Source: Calcarisporiella thermophila CBS 279.70 (lineage: Eukaryota; Fungi; Calcarisporiellomycota). Taken from it: 64,000 nucleotides of DNA. The notes below the pieces were generated by a model, which saw nothing but the letters and a program-made list of their open reading frames with translations, had not been told where the DNA came from and ran no database searches. Shown in pieces: positions 27,487 through 38,162 of this stretch. Numbering within the stretch: the first letter of the stretch is position 1; each line of letters opens with the position of its first letter. The stretch lies in the NCBI RefSeq assembly GCF_041956535.1, contig NW_027192204.1, forward strand, positions 272,523 to 336,522, read 5' to 3'. The position numbers and the translations under genes were made by a program.

Positions 27487-28924
27487 ATGCTCAGTCAAAG
27501 CCTGGCCAATTCTTCCGGTAAAGGCGCTGGGGATATCGGGGGCGAGAAGCGCAAAATTGAGGAAGCTGAGACGACCGCAAAAAAGCCAAAAACCTCAGGA
27601 AGTAGTGTGCAGTCGCTAATGACTGCCTGGGCAAAACCGAAACCTTCTTCAACCACAGTAGAGGCGAATAATTCTACCTCAGATTCTGAAAATCGAAATG
27701 GCGCCGAAGCAATTAAAGTGGATATTTTCAAGGGCGTCACAGATCCAGAAGCAAAAGAACTCCTGAAACTCGAGTCTGAAACCATGGACAAGGATTGGTT
27801 GCGCGCATTGAAGCCAGAGTTTGGGAAGAAATATTTTCTCGACGTAATTGGATATTTCAACGTGTTTTTCTTTGAAGATTCCTAACTCTTCATACTCACA
27901 GCTCAAAAAGTTCTTACTTGCTGAGAAAAAAAGCGGCAAAAAAATATTTCCTCCAGGTGATTGGTTTTTCCGACTTGCTATGCTAATTTTCACTTATCTC
28001 TTGTTGTTTATAAGAACATCTTATATACAGTTGGTCACGTTATACGCCATTTTCTCAAGTCAAAGTCGTTATAATTGGACAAGGTATATTCAAATTCTAT
28101 ATTTCCTATACGTGTTCTATAATTGTGCTTCGTTTACTCTTCTTGTAAAGATCCGTATCATAATGATGGACAGGCCCATGGTAGGACCCAATAATTCTTG
28201 GATATTTTAACTAGAGCGTCATTTTATCTATTTTGAAAAAAAAACAGGATTATGTTTCTCGGTCCCCATGGGTGTTACCCCCCCACCATCACTTGTCAAC
28301 ATTTATCAGGCAATAAAAAAGGATATACCTGAATTTCAAGCTCCGAAGCACGGGTATGGTATAACAGACAAGTAATGAAAACCTAGACTAAATAGCTCTG
28401 ATATACATTCTAGATATTTGGCAAGTTGGGCGAAGCAAGGCGTACTTCTCCTCAATGCTTCACTCACTGTTCGAGCACATGAACCTTCAAGCCACAGCGG
28501 AAAAGGCTGGGAGACATTTACAGGTGAGGATTTGACATATAATAAGAGCTCTTTAGTAGAGAGAAGAATTAGTTTCGCTAAAATTTTTTGCTTATATCAA
28601 AGACGCCGTTATCCAATATCTCAATGACAAAAAAAGTGGAGTTGTGTTCTTACTCTGGGGTTCCCATGCGCAGAAAAAAGGGAAAAGTATTAATACTAAG
28701 GTAGCTATCGCCATTATACTTTTACCATCAATTGCTTCACCCTCTAAACACCTCTGCAGAAACACCTTGTATTGAAATCGGTCCACCCCTCACCTCTTTC
28801 TGCCCACCGTGGGTTTCTCGATTGCGGTCATTTCGCAAAGACAAACGAATATCTACGGAGTAGGGGGTGCAAAGGAATCGATTGGGGCAGTGTAATGAAA
28901 GAAGATGGAAGAACCAGGGTATAA
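27487..28924 (+). CDS. UNG1: Uracil-DNA glycosylase (family 1), multi-exon
   Basis: VKVVIIGQ|[65 protein letters not shown]; N-terminal NLS-like KRK..KKPK. Confidence 0.97.
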
Positions 28925-29477
28925 TATCTTGCGAATATTTGAACAACTTTATGGCATTTTTTATCTCAATAAACAGACAATGATATGCTATTTATTGTGG
29001 TTCCTATTAAGCTTGTAGTCTGCAAGTGTAAAATTAGTGTTTCATAGTATCATCAGCGCAAACAAGGTAATATCCTTCGTTTTGGATGCATGTATTTGCG
29101 CGTCTTTACTATGATTATATTAACTTTACATTTAAAATTATAATCCCTTACAACAAAATTATAAAATAATAAGTACTTTTAAATTAATAGATAGTCATGG
29201 AAAATCATCCTTAATACACTATTTTCAATAAATTTCTTCACTTGAGATAAAATAGCTTATAGTCTAATCTAACCGTTGCAGTTGCTTATCAGGAAATTTT
29301 AGTACGTGTGGCGATGAGATTTAAAAAAAAATATTTATTCTTTTCCTTAAAAATATATTGTACAAGAAAAGGAAGCTTTCAAACATGTTTATTAAAGTAC
29401 ATGAAATCTTAGGATAAATTTTGAAAAGATCCAAGCTTGGAATAAATTTTCAAAAGCATTCTTTTTCTGGAATCTTA

Positions 29478-29626
29478 CTCCAAAAAAATACATTTCTTCG
29501 TTGACTCGTGGGCCCTAAGGAATTCTAAGGATCCTGCAGACATAACTGTCCACTGTTTGCCATAGCTGATTAAAGGCCGGGTATTCCAGGTAAGGATATG
29601 CAATGGTTTCCACAGCGTTGGCTGTG
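29478..29626 (-). mobile_element. Diverged non-LTR retrotransposon (LINE) fragment, copy 0
   Basis: Aligns by eye to about 30296-30441 (e.g. ttgccatagctgattaaaggccgggtattccag vs ttgccatagctgatttatggccgggcattccag). Left boundary uncertain. Confidence 0.75.
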
Positions 29627-29644
29627 CTGGAATAAAAAAAAAAC

Positions 29645-29772
29645 TTTTTTTTTTGTTAGGAGAATCTCTATTAAAAAGTGTCCTTTTTCATTCTTAATAA
29701 AGAAAATTGATAGATATCAGAAAACAAGAAGTACATATAAGAAATGGTAGAGAGTGTGCATACCTTACCTAT
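29645..29772 (-). mobile_element. 5'-truncated LINE 3'-UTR + poly(A) tail, copy 1
   Basis: Poly-T run followed by gttaggagaatc..., near-identical to 29788-29906; flanked on both sides by CTGGAATAAAAAAAA. Confidence 0.8.
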
Positions 29773-29787
29773 CTGGAATAAAAAAAA

Positions 29788-30765
29788 TTTTTTTTTGTTA
29801 GGAGAATCTTTATTAAAAAGTATCTTTTTGTTAATAAAGTGACTTGGTAGTCATCAGTAACAAGAAATATATATAAGGAATGGTAGAGAGGGTGAATACC
29901 ATCCTATTTTTCAAGCAAGGAGGTATACGAGAGAGGAAAGTAAAAAAAAAATAAAATAAAATAAAAATTTGGAATACGGGTGGTAGAGTATTCGGCAAGG
30001 TCGTATTGGAGCTAAGTATTTTGGTTGAAGGATATTTCGTCTCTTTGAATTTGTATCCAACTTTCCTTACACCAAAGCTCTTGGAAACCTTCTTTCTTAT
30101 CCTTTATGGACGCTGACCACCATTTGGGTCTCACGATTTTTTGCATTTCGTGACCTAGCTGTTCAGCGAGCGCTATTTCGCTTGGTTGGGCGTTATCCAT
30201 TATTATCGATAATCTTGATCGATAAATGATCCAGATTGCTGCATCATGGACCGTTGACACTACTCCCCGTTGGTAGCCCATGTGTTTGTAGTCTGTTCCA
30301 AATAGTCTGTCTTCCTTGGTTGATTCGTGGGTTTTCACTCCAAGAATGCAGCAGAGGTAACTGTCTGCTGCTTGCCATAGCTGATTTATGGCCGGGCATT
30401 CCAGATAAGCATGAATAATAGTTTCCACTGCGCTGGTTGTGTACCGCCAGCAAATATTTGGTTCTCCTGTCCACTTACTAGTGATGGTATCTGTCACCGA
30501 TCTGTTTTTCAAGAGTCTCCATCTTAGTGCCCAATGATTGGGTTCACTTGACCGCTTTTTCCAGTACATCCAAGCTATCTCCCATCTGATGGAGTCGCTT
30601 GAGGTCTCTTTCCATTCCGGAATGATATTCTCCTCTTTGCTTGTCTTGTAGAGCCTCCTAATTTTTGTACGAATGTTTTAGATCTTTGTGCCAGCTAGCA
30701 CACATTTACCCAGCGGGAACGTGCATGGTCCTTCAATCTGTGGTATGCCCTGTAGCAGGGCATGT
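29788..30765 (-). mobile_element. 5'-truncated LINE (L1/Tx1-like) with C-terminal ORF2 zf-RVT-like region, AATAAA and poly(A), copy 2
   Basis: ORF 30012-30569 has ICWRY..VETIIHAYLECPAINQLW...AAIWIIYRSR (zf-RVT-type). Minus strand ends AATAAAgattctcctaacAAAAAAAAA; upstream frame has a stop. Confidence 0.85.
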
Positions 30766-31102
30766 AGGAATAAATATTTTTTTTTTCCTCTAAGGACGCG
30801 GGAACTTGCGTCCTGTGGTTTATTTAATATATATTACAAATCTGAGATGTGCTTTCGAACAAGCTTATTAAGTACTAGAAAAACATGGGATATAATTTAA
30901 AGAGTTCCGTGCTTGGAAATATCAGATTAGGTGTTCTTTGTTTCCTCGAAATCGAAGGCTTCTTGGCTGTCATCGATCCGGATTAGCGAGCTCTTTCCCC
31001 ATTTTTGCTTGAACCCTTCTTCGTCTTTTTTTTTAGATAGCTTCAATCCCGTTTTTTTTTTGATCCCTCATTGATTATATCCATCACGGCACATAACATT
31101 TC

Positions 31103-31424
31103 TGTTACGGGGGATTAGAGATTTCGTGGAGAAATATACGGAATAGTTAAAATAGGAGAATGATGAGGGACAATAAGTAAATGTGTATGGGTTTATATAA
31201 GTCAAAAAAAAAAGATTATACGTAAAAATAAGAAAAATAACGAAATCGAAAAGATATTAAGAATGTCGAAACCATTGTTGTACGTGTCGTGAAATTACGC
31301 TATATTCGTCATGATACCCGTGAATATTGCACTTGCACACTACGCTACACTCGTACTACGCTCTCAAATACCTTGTGACTGTCAAAGTGTCTTGCTCGTA
31401 TCAAAAACCGATTTTCTCGTAACA
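31103..31424. mobile_element. Solo LTR A (322 bp)
   Basis: Termini TGTTACG...CGTAACA (perfect 7-bp inverted repeat); TTTC on both sides. Confidence 0.75.
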
Positions 31425-31428
31425 TTTC

Positions 31429-31852
31429 TGTTACGTGGGTTTTGGGGTTTATCGTGAATATTGGTACGTAAAGAAAACAAATGAAAGATTTTCTTAAAAA
31501 AGAAAAAAAAAATAAGACAATAAATTTCAAGACTATTACTCAATATAAAAAAACTAATCCGCCTCCCCGTTCACTCACGCTTGAATCGCTTCTTATATAA
31601 CAAAATTAAACTAAATAGAACGAACCGATTAAACAAACTGGTTAAACGAACTGAATAGACAAACTGGTTAAACAACTAGTTTAACAAAACAGAACAAACT
31701 TGAATAAAATTTTCAAAGCGCTAGTAATTTGCCGAAAGGTTATAAAGGTAACAAAAACTAATTGTGCATAAAGTTAAAGAAGAAAAGAAGTTTTTTTTTT
31801 GGCTTGTAGTGGCGCAGTTATGACTGTACAAAATACCGATATTCCCGTAACA
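31429..31852. mobile_element. Solo LTR B (424 bp)
   Basis: Termini TGTTACG...CGTAACA; right end gtacaaaataccgatattcccgtaaca resembles the ends of A and E. Confidence 0.72.
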
Positions 31853-31856
31853 ATTT

Positions 31857-32099
31857 TGTTAGAATCTGCGTAGTACATGCGAGGATAGTTAAGATAATTA
31901 CTGGTTTATTAAACAAGAATACTATCTGGAACTTAGAATGTCTCCCTTTACTATAGTGGGAGTTCTGTTCAATATATACTAAAAGAATTACATTACAACG
32001 ATTACTTTATAATGCTCCGATAATGCTCCGAAATAGCAGGGCTTGAGGGATTACGTGGCTTGGTTGTCCTACTGCAGATATCTCGATACGATTCCAACA
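31857..32099 (-). mobile_element. Solo LTR C (243 bp)
   Basis: Termini TGTTAGAATC...GATTCCAACA (9/10 inverted); ATTT on both sides; minus strand has a TATA-like TATATA followed by AATAAA. Confidence 0.75.
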
Positions 32100-32103
32100 A
32101 TTT

Positions 32104-32351
32104 TGTCATAAACTAGAGCGATATAACTAGGGGATACTCGTGGAACATAGGTAAAACTATAGGTTTATTCAAGAACAAGGTGTGTATGTTGGAAGTTCTC
32201 ATTAGAGTGTTCCTTTTATACTATAAGATATAATAACTATATAACCTGTTAACTAATAAAGCTAATGAATACTGGTTTATAACTAGTTCCTAATTAATGT
32301 CGGAGCTTGAATATCGTTGGGATAGCTTGATATGTGACTCGAGTTATGACA
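32104..32351 (-). mobile_element. Solo LTR D (248 bp)
   Basis: Termini TGTCATAA...TTATGACA (perfect 8-bp inverted); ATTT on both sides; minus strand has TATAAAA then AATAAA. Confidence 0.75.
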
Positions 32352-32503
32352 ATTTTTTGTTACGGGCGAAAGGAGGTTTGTGTGGAGGGGTGTCCGGATC
32401 TTGATAAAAATAAAGAATTTATCTTTATAATTCAGGGAATTGGTGAGGACAACAAGACAAAATAGATGGGTTTAAATAGGGATGGGAAATCAAGAAAATG
32501 ACT

Positions 32504-32974
32504 NNNNNNNNNNNNNNNNNNNNNNNNNNNNNNNNNNNNNNNNNNNNNNNNNNNNNNNNNNNNNNNNNNNNNNNNNNNNNNNNNNNNNNNNNNNNNNNNN
32601 NNNNNNNNNNNNNNNNNNNNNNNNNNNNNNNNNNNNNNNNNNNNNNNNNNNNNNNNNNNNNNNNNNNNNNNNNNNNNNNNNNNNNNNNNNNNNNNNNNNN
32701 NNNNNNNNNNNNNNNNNNNNNNNNNNNNNNNNNNNNNNNNNNNNNNNNNNNNNNNNNNNNNNNNNNNNNNNNNNNNNNNNNNNNNNNNNNNNNNNNNNNN
32801 NNNNNNNNNNNNNNNNNNNNNNNNNNNNNNNNNNNNNNNNNNNNNNNNNNNNNNNNNNNNNNNNNNNNNNNNNNNNNNNNNNNNNNNNNNNNNNNNNNNN
32901 NNNNNNNNNNNNNNNNNNNNNNNNNNNNNNNNNNNNNNNNNNNNNNNNNNNNNNNNNNNNNNNNNNNNNNNNNN
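32504..32974. other. Assembly gap (471 N)
   Basis: Run of N characters. Confidence 1.
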
Positions 32975-33146
32975 GTCCTTGATCGATAGACTTTCAATCG
33001 ATATGCGTGTATCGTAGTTGTCGTGAATAGCATGTACGTGAAACCGATGTAATCTTTTGTACTTATCGTAAGGGCAATCTTATCAATAATCAAGACTCAG
33101 CTTCTGATCAAGTGGATAGCAGTCACAAACTAAGAGTAAGTGCTGA

Positions 33147-33221
33147 TGGGGGAAGTGGGATTCGAACCCACGCCGTTCTCGTCGGCATCCCAGGGATAGT
33201 CCACTACACTAACCCTCCCCC
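33147..33221 (-). ncRNA. tRNA-like element / internal Pol III promoter (A and B boxes) without a canonical anticodon arm
   Basis: Minus strand reads GGGGGAG-GGT-TAGTGTAGTGG-ACTATCCCTGGGATGCCGACGAGAACGGC-GTGGG-TTCGAAT-CCCAC-TTCCCCC-A. Acceptor-like stem, A box and perfect T arm/B box are present. Confidence 0.6.
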
Positions 33222-33307
33222 ATCTCACCTCCCGAGTATCTAAGTGACTGCTTATGTGACTTTCCGTACCAAAAGCCAATATCCTCGTAACATTTTTAAG
33301 AGTTCGA

Positions 33308-33381
33308 GTTTTCGTGGTGTAGTTGGTTATCACGTCTGTCTAACACACAGACGGTCTCCGGTTCGAATCCGGACGAAAACA
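33308..33381 (+). tRNA. tRNA-Val(AAC)
   Basis: GTTTTCG acceptor pairs with CGAAAAC; D arm GTG..CAC; anticodon arm TCTGT-CT-AAC-AC-ACAGA; T arm TCCGG-TTCGAAT-CCGGA; oligo-T terminator follows. Confidence 0.97.
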
Positions 33382-33546
33382 ATTTTTTTTATAAATTATT
33401 TTCAGAATGATATCAAACACATTTTCCCTTTTTTTTATGAGCGAAGCTTTTTAAAAATGGTCCATAATTTTAACTATTTACTTAGTATAATAATAAAAGG
33501 AATCGTTTATATATTCTTTGAAACCTTATAGGTCAGTACACCGCTT

Positions 33547-34909
33547 TTACTTATTGTAGCCGCACTCCTCAAGTGCGGTTTTCACAGCATATAATACTTG
33601 CTCGATGTGCCCGCGATCCGGCTCCGTTACAGAGATATTCATGTGGCCAATTCGGAAGTATGATATCTGGGGTAAAAGTCCACCTGCGCAAACCACTCCG
33701 AATCTCGACAATGCAGGAAGCAGCTCAGCAAGAGCCACACCCTCAGGCACATACACCGCAGTCATGGAGTTCGATGCGACCTCTAGGGACTTGGGCACTA
33801 GTTTAAGGCCAAGATCCGTAACGAAATTCTTTACCTTTGCGCTCACTTCGCGATGCTGAGCGAAACGTATGTCCATTTTGTTCTTGATGAGCTGTTTTAA
33901 GCTGACATTAAGCGCAAAGATAAGCTGAACAGCGGGAGTAGCAAAGTAAGCTCCTTTACGAGACTCATAGGCTTGCATAATAGGAAGCCAGCGGGCCCAG
34001 GAGGAATAGTAGCTGCGAATAGGCGTTTTACGATCACGGAACACTCCCTAGTTATAATTCCATTAGTATTGTCATATCATATGGTATCTTCATTGTAGCT
34101 TCAACTTTCAAGTACCATTGCTTGTTCACTAACGACCACGATAGACAACCCGGGTGGCACTCCAATTGCTTTCTGGCTTGCAGTCACTACAACATCCACA
34201 TTCCAGTCATCCATGCGAAGCTCCTCGCTTCCCACGGAACAAACACCATCGACAATAACAAGGGTTTCGGGTGAAATTTCCTTTACCACTCGCGCAACTT
34301 CTTTCACGTCAGATAGTACACCTGTCGAGGTATCCACATGTGTGACTGTGACAATCTTGTATTTGTCTGCGGCCAAGTGCTTCTTGAGATCTTCTGTGGT
34401 AGGTCGAGATCCAATCTCGGATTTAATTTGGGTCACCTTTGCACCAAATGTCTCCAAGCTATGTGTCATGATATAAAGTTATAACCAAAGAATGATCAGC
34501 AATCACGAATTGACATAGACATTCCAAAGCATCTAATTACCAAACGCTCAGGCCATCTCCGAAATATCCAGTATTTAGTACCAGAACTTTATCACCTTCC
34601 TCGATCAAATTGGCACCAACTTGCTCCCATCCAAGGGTCCCCGATCCAGCTAATACAAAGGGCTGTCCTCGCTCGGTGAAGAGAACCTCTCGAAGCATCG
34701 GAAAACATTCACCAAATACTCCGATAAATTCGGGAGAAACATGCGAGGTTGCAGGGGTTCCCATGGCAGCGAGGACATCTTCGTGGAATTCCACAGGGCC
34801 TAACGTTTGCAAAAAAAAAGTGTTATAAAACTAAAGGCCAAAAGTGCTGCGAGGTATATCAGAATCACTAACCAGGAATCATACACAGTTTTCGGTCAGC
34901 TTGAATCAT
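33547..34909 (-). CDS. AGX1: Alanine--glyoxylate aminotransferase (class V PLP enzyme), multi-exon
   Basis: KLCMIPGPVEF, GSGTLGWE, VTHVDTSTGV, VDGVCSVGSEELRMDDWNVDVVVTASQKAIGVPPGL (PLP lysine), YFATPAVQL, YFRIGHM. Confidence 0.93.
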
Positions 34910-35885
34910 GATTTCTTGATTTCGATGGAAATGGAATTTAACGCGAGGTAGAAACGAAAGGAATTATTGGGCTTAATATTGGAGGAAGGGTGAGAACAAA
35001 GCAATTTGGATGGCGCATGTGCTTGTGCAACATTGATGCTACCTTACTCATTTCATGAATTCGAAGCATGAAAGATATCCCGTTTGGCATAAGATAAAAT
35101 GCAAATTTAAGAAAGACTGAATCCAAATTGCAAAAGCGGTCGGGACAAGGGGGCGCGCATACTTGGTTGGATTATCTAATCTGACTAGAGATTGTGGCTG
35201 CATACTGAACAAAGAAAGGAAGAGCTATGGACCTTTATCGACCTGCTGCTTTGACTTATGCCGGGCGATTCCTTCTCACTTTGTTCAAGAGGCCCAACGG
35301 CTAGAGCAACATCAATGCCGAAGGCTGCATTAGTCATATCCCCTTATTCTTACGGAAAAGCATCCAACTTTGATAAATTGAGTTTAAAAATTTGGTGGCA
35401 AACCATGAAGAAGCAGTCACAAACTCTCTGAGTAGAAAGACATAGCTCAATAAGTTTAATGCTGAAGGTTGCTCATTACTTAATCTAGATTACTGTGATT
35501 TTTTCTATTAAAATTCAGATAAAATCATAAAGGAGAGGGAAGGAAGTATATAAGAATAGTAAATAATAATATCGATAAAAGTCCATATATAGTCACCAGA
35601 TAATGAATGGAGTCCCAGTGAGACATAGCTGCAATAAAATTGCCCATAACACGATTAGAAGAAATAGGAGAGGAGCGAGGGAAGAGAAAATAGGGAGAAT
35701 AGAGCTGAGATGGGCATGAAGGTATATGATATATAAAATTTTAAATAGAAAATAAGGCGAAAAGAAATTATCCATAAATACATTGGCAGAATATTATAAT
35801 AAATAATTGGATATCAAACTATTACGATAATCATAGGAATGGCTATAGCGAAGGGAAGGGGGTTAGTGAATTTGTAATATGGTAT

Positions 35886-36871
35886 TTAGCAATCCTGGAT
35901 AACACTCACATTTTCAAGGACATCTCTTTCTCGCATTAGTGCCCATTCTCCCGCCCCAACTCCAACACACTTCATTGACACAGCCTGCAGTATTCGCATA
36001 CTTGCAGGGCTCACGTTTTCGTCCCGAGACGTAACAAACCGACATCCATGGGTGGGGAGCGGCTGCTGCTGTTCTTCCTGTATTCGCCACGGTGGCGTTG
36101 CCTCGACCTGCCGGCGTCGCCATCGTTGTAAGCGCTCCTGGTCAAACTCCGAATCGATGGATTGTGTTGCGGATGAATATTGCGGGTACGCAGCACGCCA
36201 GCGTGCATAGAATTGGCGGGGAGACGCAGTCTGCCGCCAACTACTATTATTCACCACACAATCTTCTTCGGCAGCAATGGCAGGAGAGAGTTCCAAGTCA
36301 AGGTCCTCGTCCTCCTCGCCAACCAAACCTTCATCATCGTCATCCTCATCCATGACAACAGGGGGCGATGAGAAGTAGCTTGCAGGAGGTGCCGGGGCAA
36401 GAGCCGCTGGCGGGGAAGAGAGGGGGAAACAGTCGAAGTCTTCGTGCAAAGGTGTGGGAGATGAGAGCTCGCGATACTCAGCCAGCGAGTATGAGCGGCG
36501 AAATGTGCGAGGGGTGCAGATGTTGTTGAATGGTCGGGTGGTTTGGCGTTGGTTGTCTAGTGTAGAGGGTATCTGTTTCGTGATTATTAGGAGATGCGCA
36601 GCGGATGTTAATTGTTTGATTAATATTCGATTTACCTGTGACCATGTGTTACGTTTTGGTATAAGTTTTGGGCTTGTAATCACCGTCTCAATGGTGAGGT
36701 CAGCATCTTTTGATCCTAACAAGCACAAAAATGGGGGATCATGATTATTAAGTGTAACGGATAAGAACGAGGGGACAATGCAATGGATTTACCATCGGTA
36801 GCTTTGCCCCAAACCGTTTCGAGCATCATACACGAATCACCCGCTAAGGTGAGTCTTCGTCGTTGAGTCAT
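35886..36871 (-). CDS. Hypothetical protein with Pro/acidic low-complexity centre
   Basis: Long, locally GC-rich ORF 35886-36728 plus a probable upstream exon (MTQRRRLTL...). No family recognised; start uncertain. Confidence 0.55.
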
Positions 36872-38162
36872 TTCCAGAATGTCGAATGATGGACGAAAGG
36901 AGTTCGAGTATAGAAATATATAATAAAAACCAAGAGAACCAAAGCCAAACACCTAACAATTCCAAAGACAAATGCCCAGCCCCCTTCTCGTTCGACTCTC
37001 TCTTCTTCTATTTCTTACACAAACAAAGAAAAGGAAGGAAGCAATAAAGGCCCAAGGCCGGTACTTTTAAATTCCTACCAACCTGCGCCGCTTACCGAAT
37101 AAATGGGATTTTTTTTTGGTGTCGATAGCGATTGGTAGGACAGAGTTTATTGTGCTTGTTGCGTTTTTCGCGGCTTCGGCCGAAAATCCTTTTCTCGAAT
37201 GGTGGCAAGTTAGAAAGTTTTGTAATGTTCTGTGGCCTTTTTCATAGGCCCATTGGCCTTTGGTTTCCTTAGTCTATACACACTTTAGCAGAAAAGAATT
37301 TCTTTCGTTTTCTTCAATTAATTTTGGATGCTCAAAGCTTAGTTTGCCAGTCAAATATAGTGGGTCTAGACCAAGTATGCTAACAACCCTGCACCGTAAA
37401 GCAGGAAAACGCGATGATGTCATCCACAGAAATACACAACTACCAAGTTAGAGAATGCTCGTGGCTGGCTCCTGGTGCTCATATCTGTGCATGTGGTCAT
37501 GCTAATCTACTGGAGACAACGATAATCAATGTGGTAAGCAGCTCAAGGTATATTAAAGCTTTTGAAGTGGCAAGTACCCTTCTCGTTATCATTCACATCT
37601 GACCAACTGATTTGGGGTCAAAAACACGTTGTGTTCACCGATTAATCTGTTATCATACATGCATGGTCTGACATTGAGGTTTAGTCAGCTCACTATTACA
37701 TATTATTACGCGTTGAAGCAAGTTTCATGGTTAGCTTCAGAATGAACTCGGCAGGCAAATCTAATATTTACTTGGGTCCCCTACCCTATTATCTAAACCA
37801 AGCAATAGCCTGAATGTCATAGCCTCTAATATACCCCAAAAGAATATAACTCTTCTATTTTCCTAGAGAAACTTGAGTATATCCAGCGTTGCAGAGTAGA
37901 GCGATAGATAAATAAATATAAGTAGCTATGTTAGTATTCACACGATCACCCAACATCATGTGTCAGTAGACTGAAGCTCACTCTGTGATGGATTCGCTCA
38001 CATGAATTATGATTAGAATTCAAAGAGTTATCTACACAACGTGTATTTAGGTCTAAGTGAGAGAAAAGAAATAAATAAAAATACTGCGCCACGAACAATT
38101 TATTTTACCATCGTCGCGATCTACGCGATCCGCTTGACGCAATTACAGACTCACCAAGGAAT

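Larger units (their letters stand above)
32358..33292. mobile_element. LTR element E spanning the assembly gap (one collapsed element or several LTRs)
   Basis: Begins TGTTACGGG at 32358. Ends gtaccaaaagccaatatcctCGTAACA at 33292, similar to the ends of A and B. Interior is unknown (N run). Confidence 0.6.

Noticed and set aside
30780-31098. Possible additional LTR ending CATAACA at 31098
   Set aside because: No matching TGTTATG-type left terminus is visible, so boundaries cannot be supported.
31092-32365. CRISPR-like array suggested by recurring AACA-TTT-TGTTA junctions
   Set aside because: Eukaryotic context, 240-420 bp units and no cas genes. The junctions are better explained as LTR termini plus target duplications.
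32425-33093. ORFs of 163-222 aa across the N run
   Set aside because: Artefacts of the assembly gap.
33147-33221. Possible selenocysteine tRNA (some early-diverging fungi use Sec)
   Set aside because: No TCA anticodon loop and no tRNA-Sec arm geometry.
34910-34965. In-frame upstream extension of AGX1 resembling a targeting peptide (FLSFLPRVKFHFHRNQEI)
   Set aside because: Only 18 codons, with no suitable near-cognate start codon near its beginning.
37414-37602. Possible C/D-box snoRNA (ATGATG ... CTGA)
   Set aside because: Imperfect C box, no terminal stem and no recognisable rRNA guide; chance-level match.
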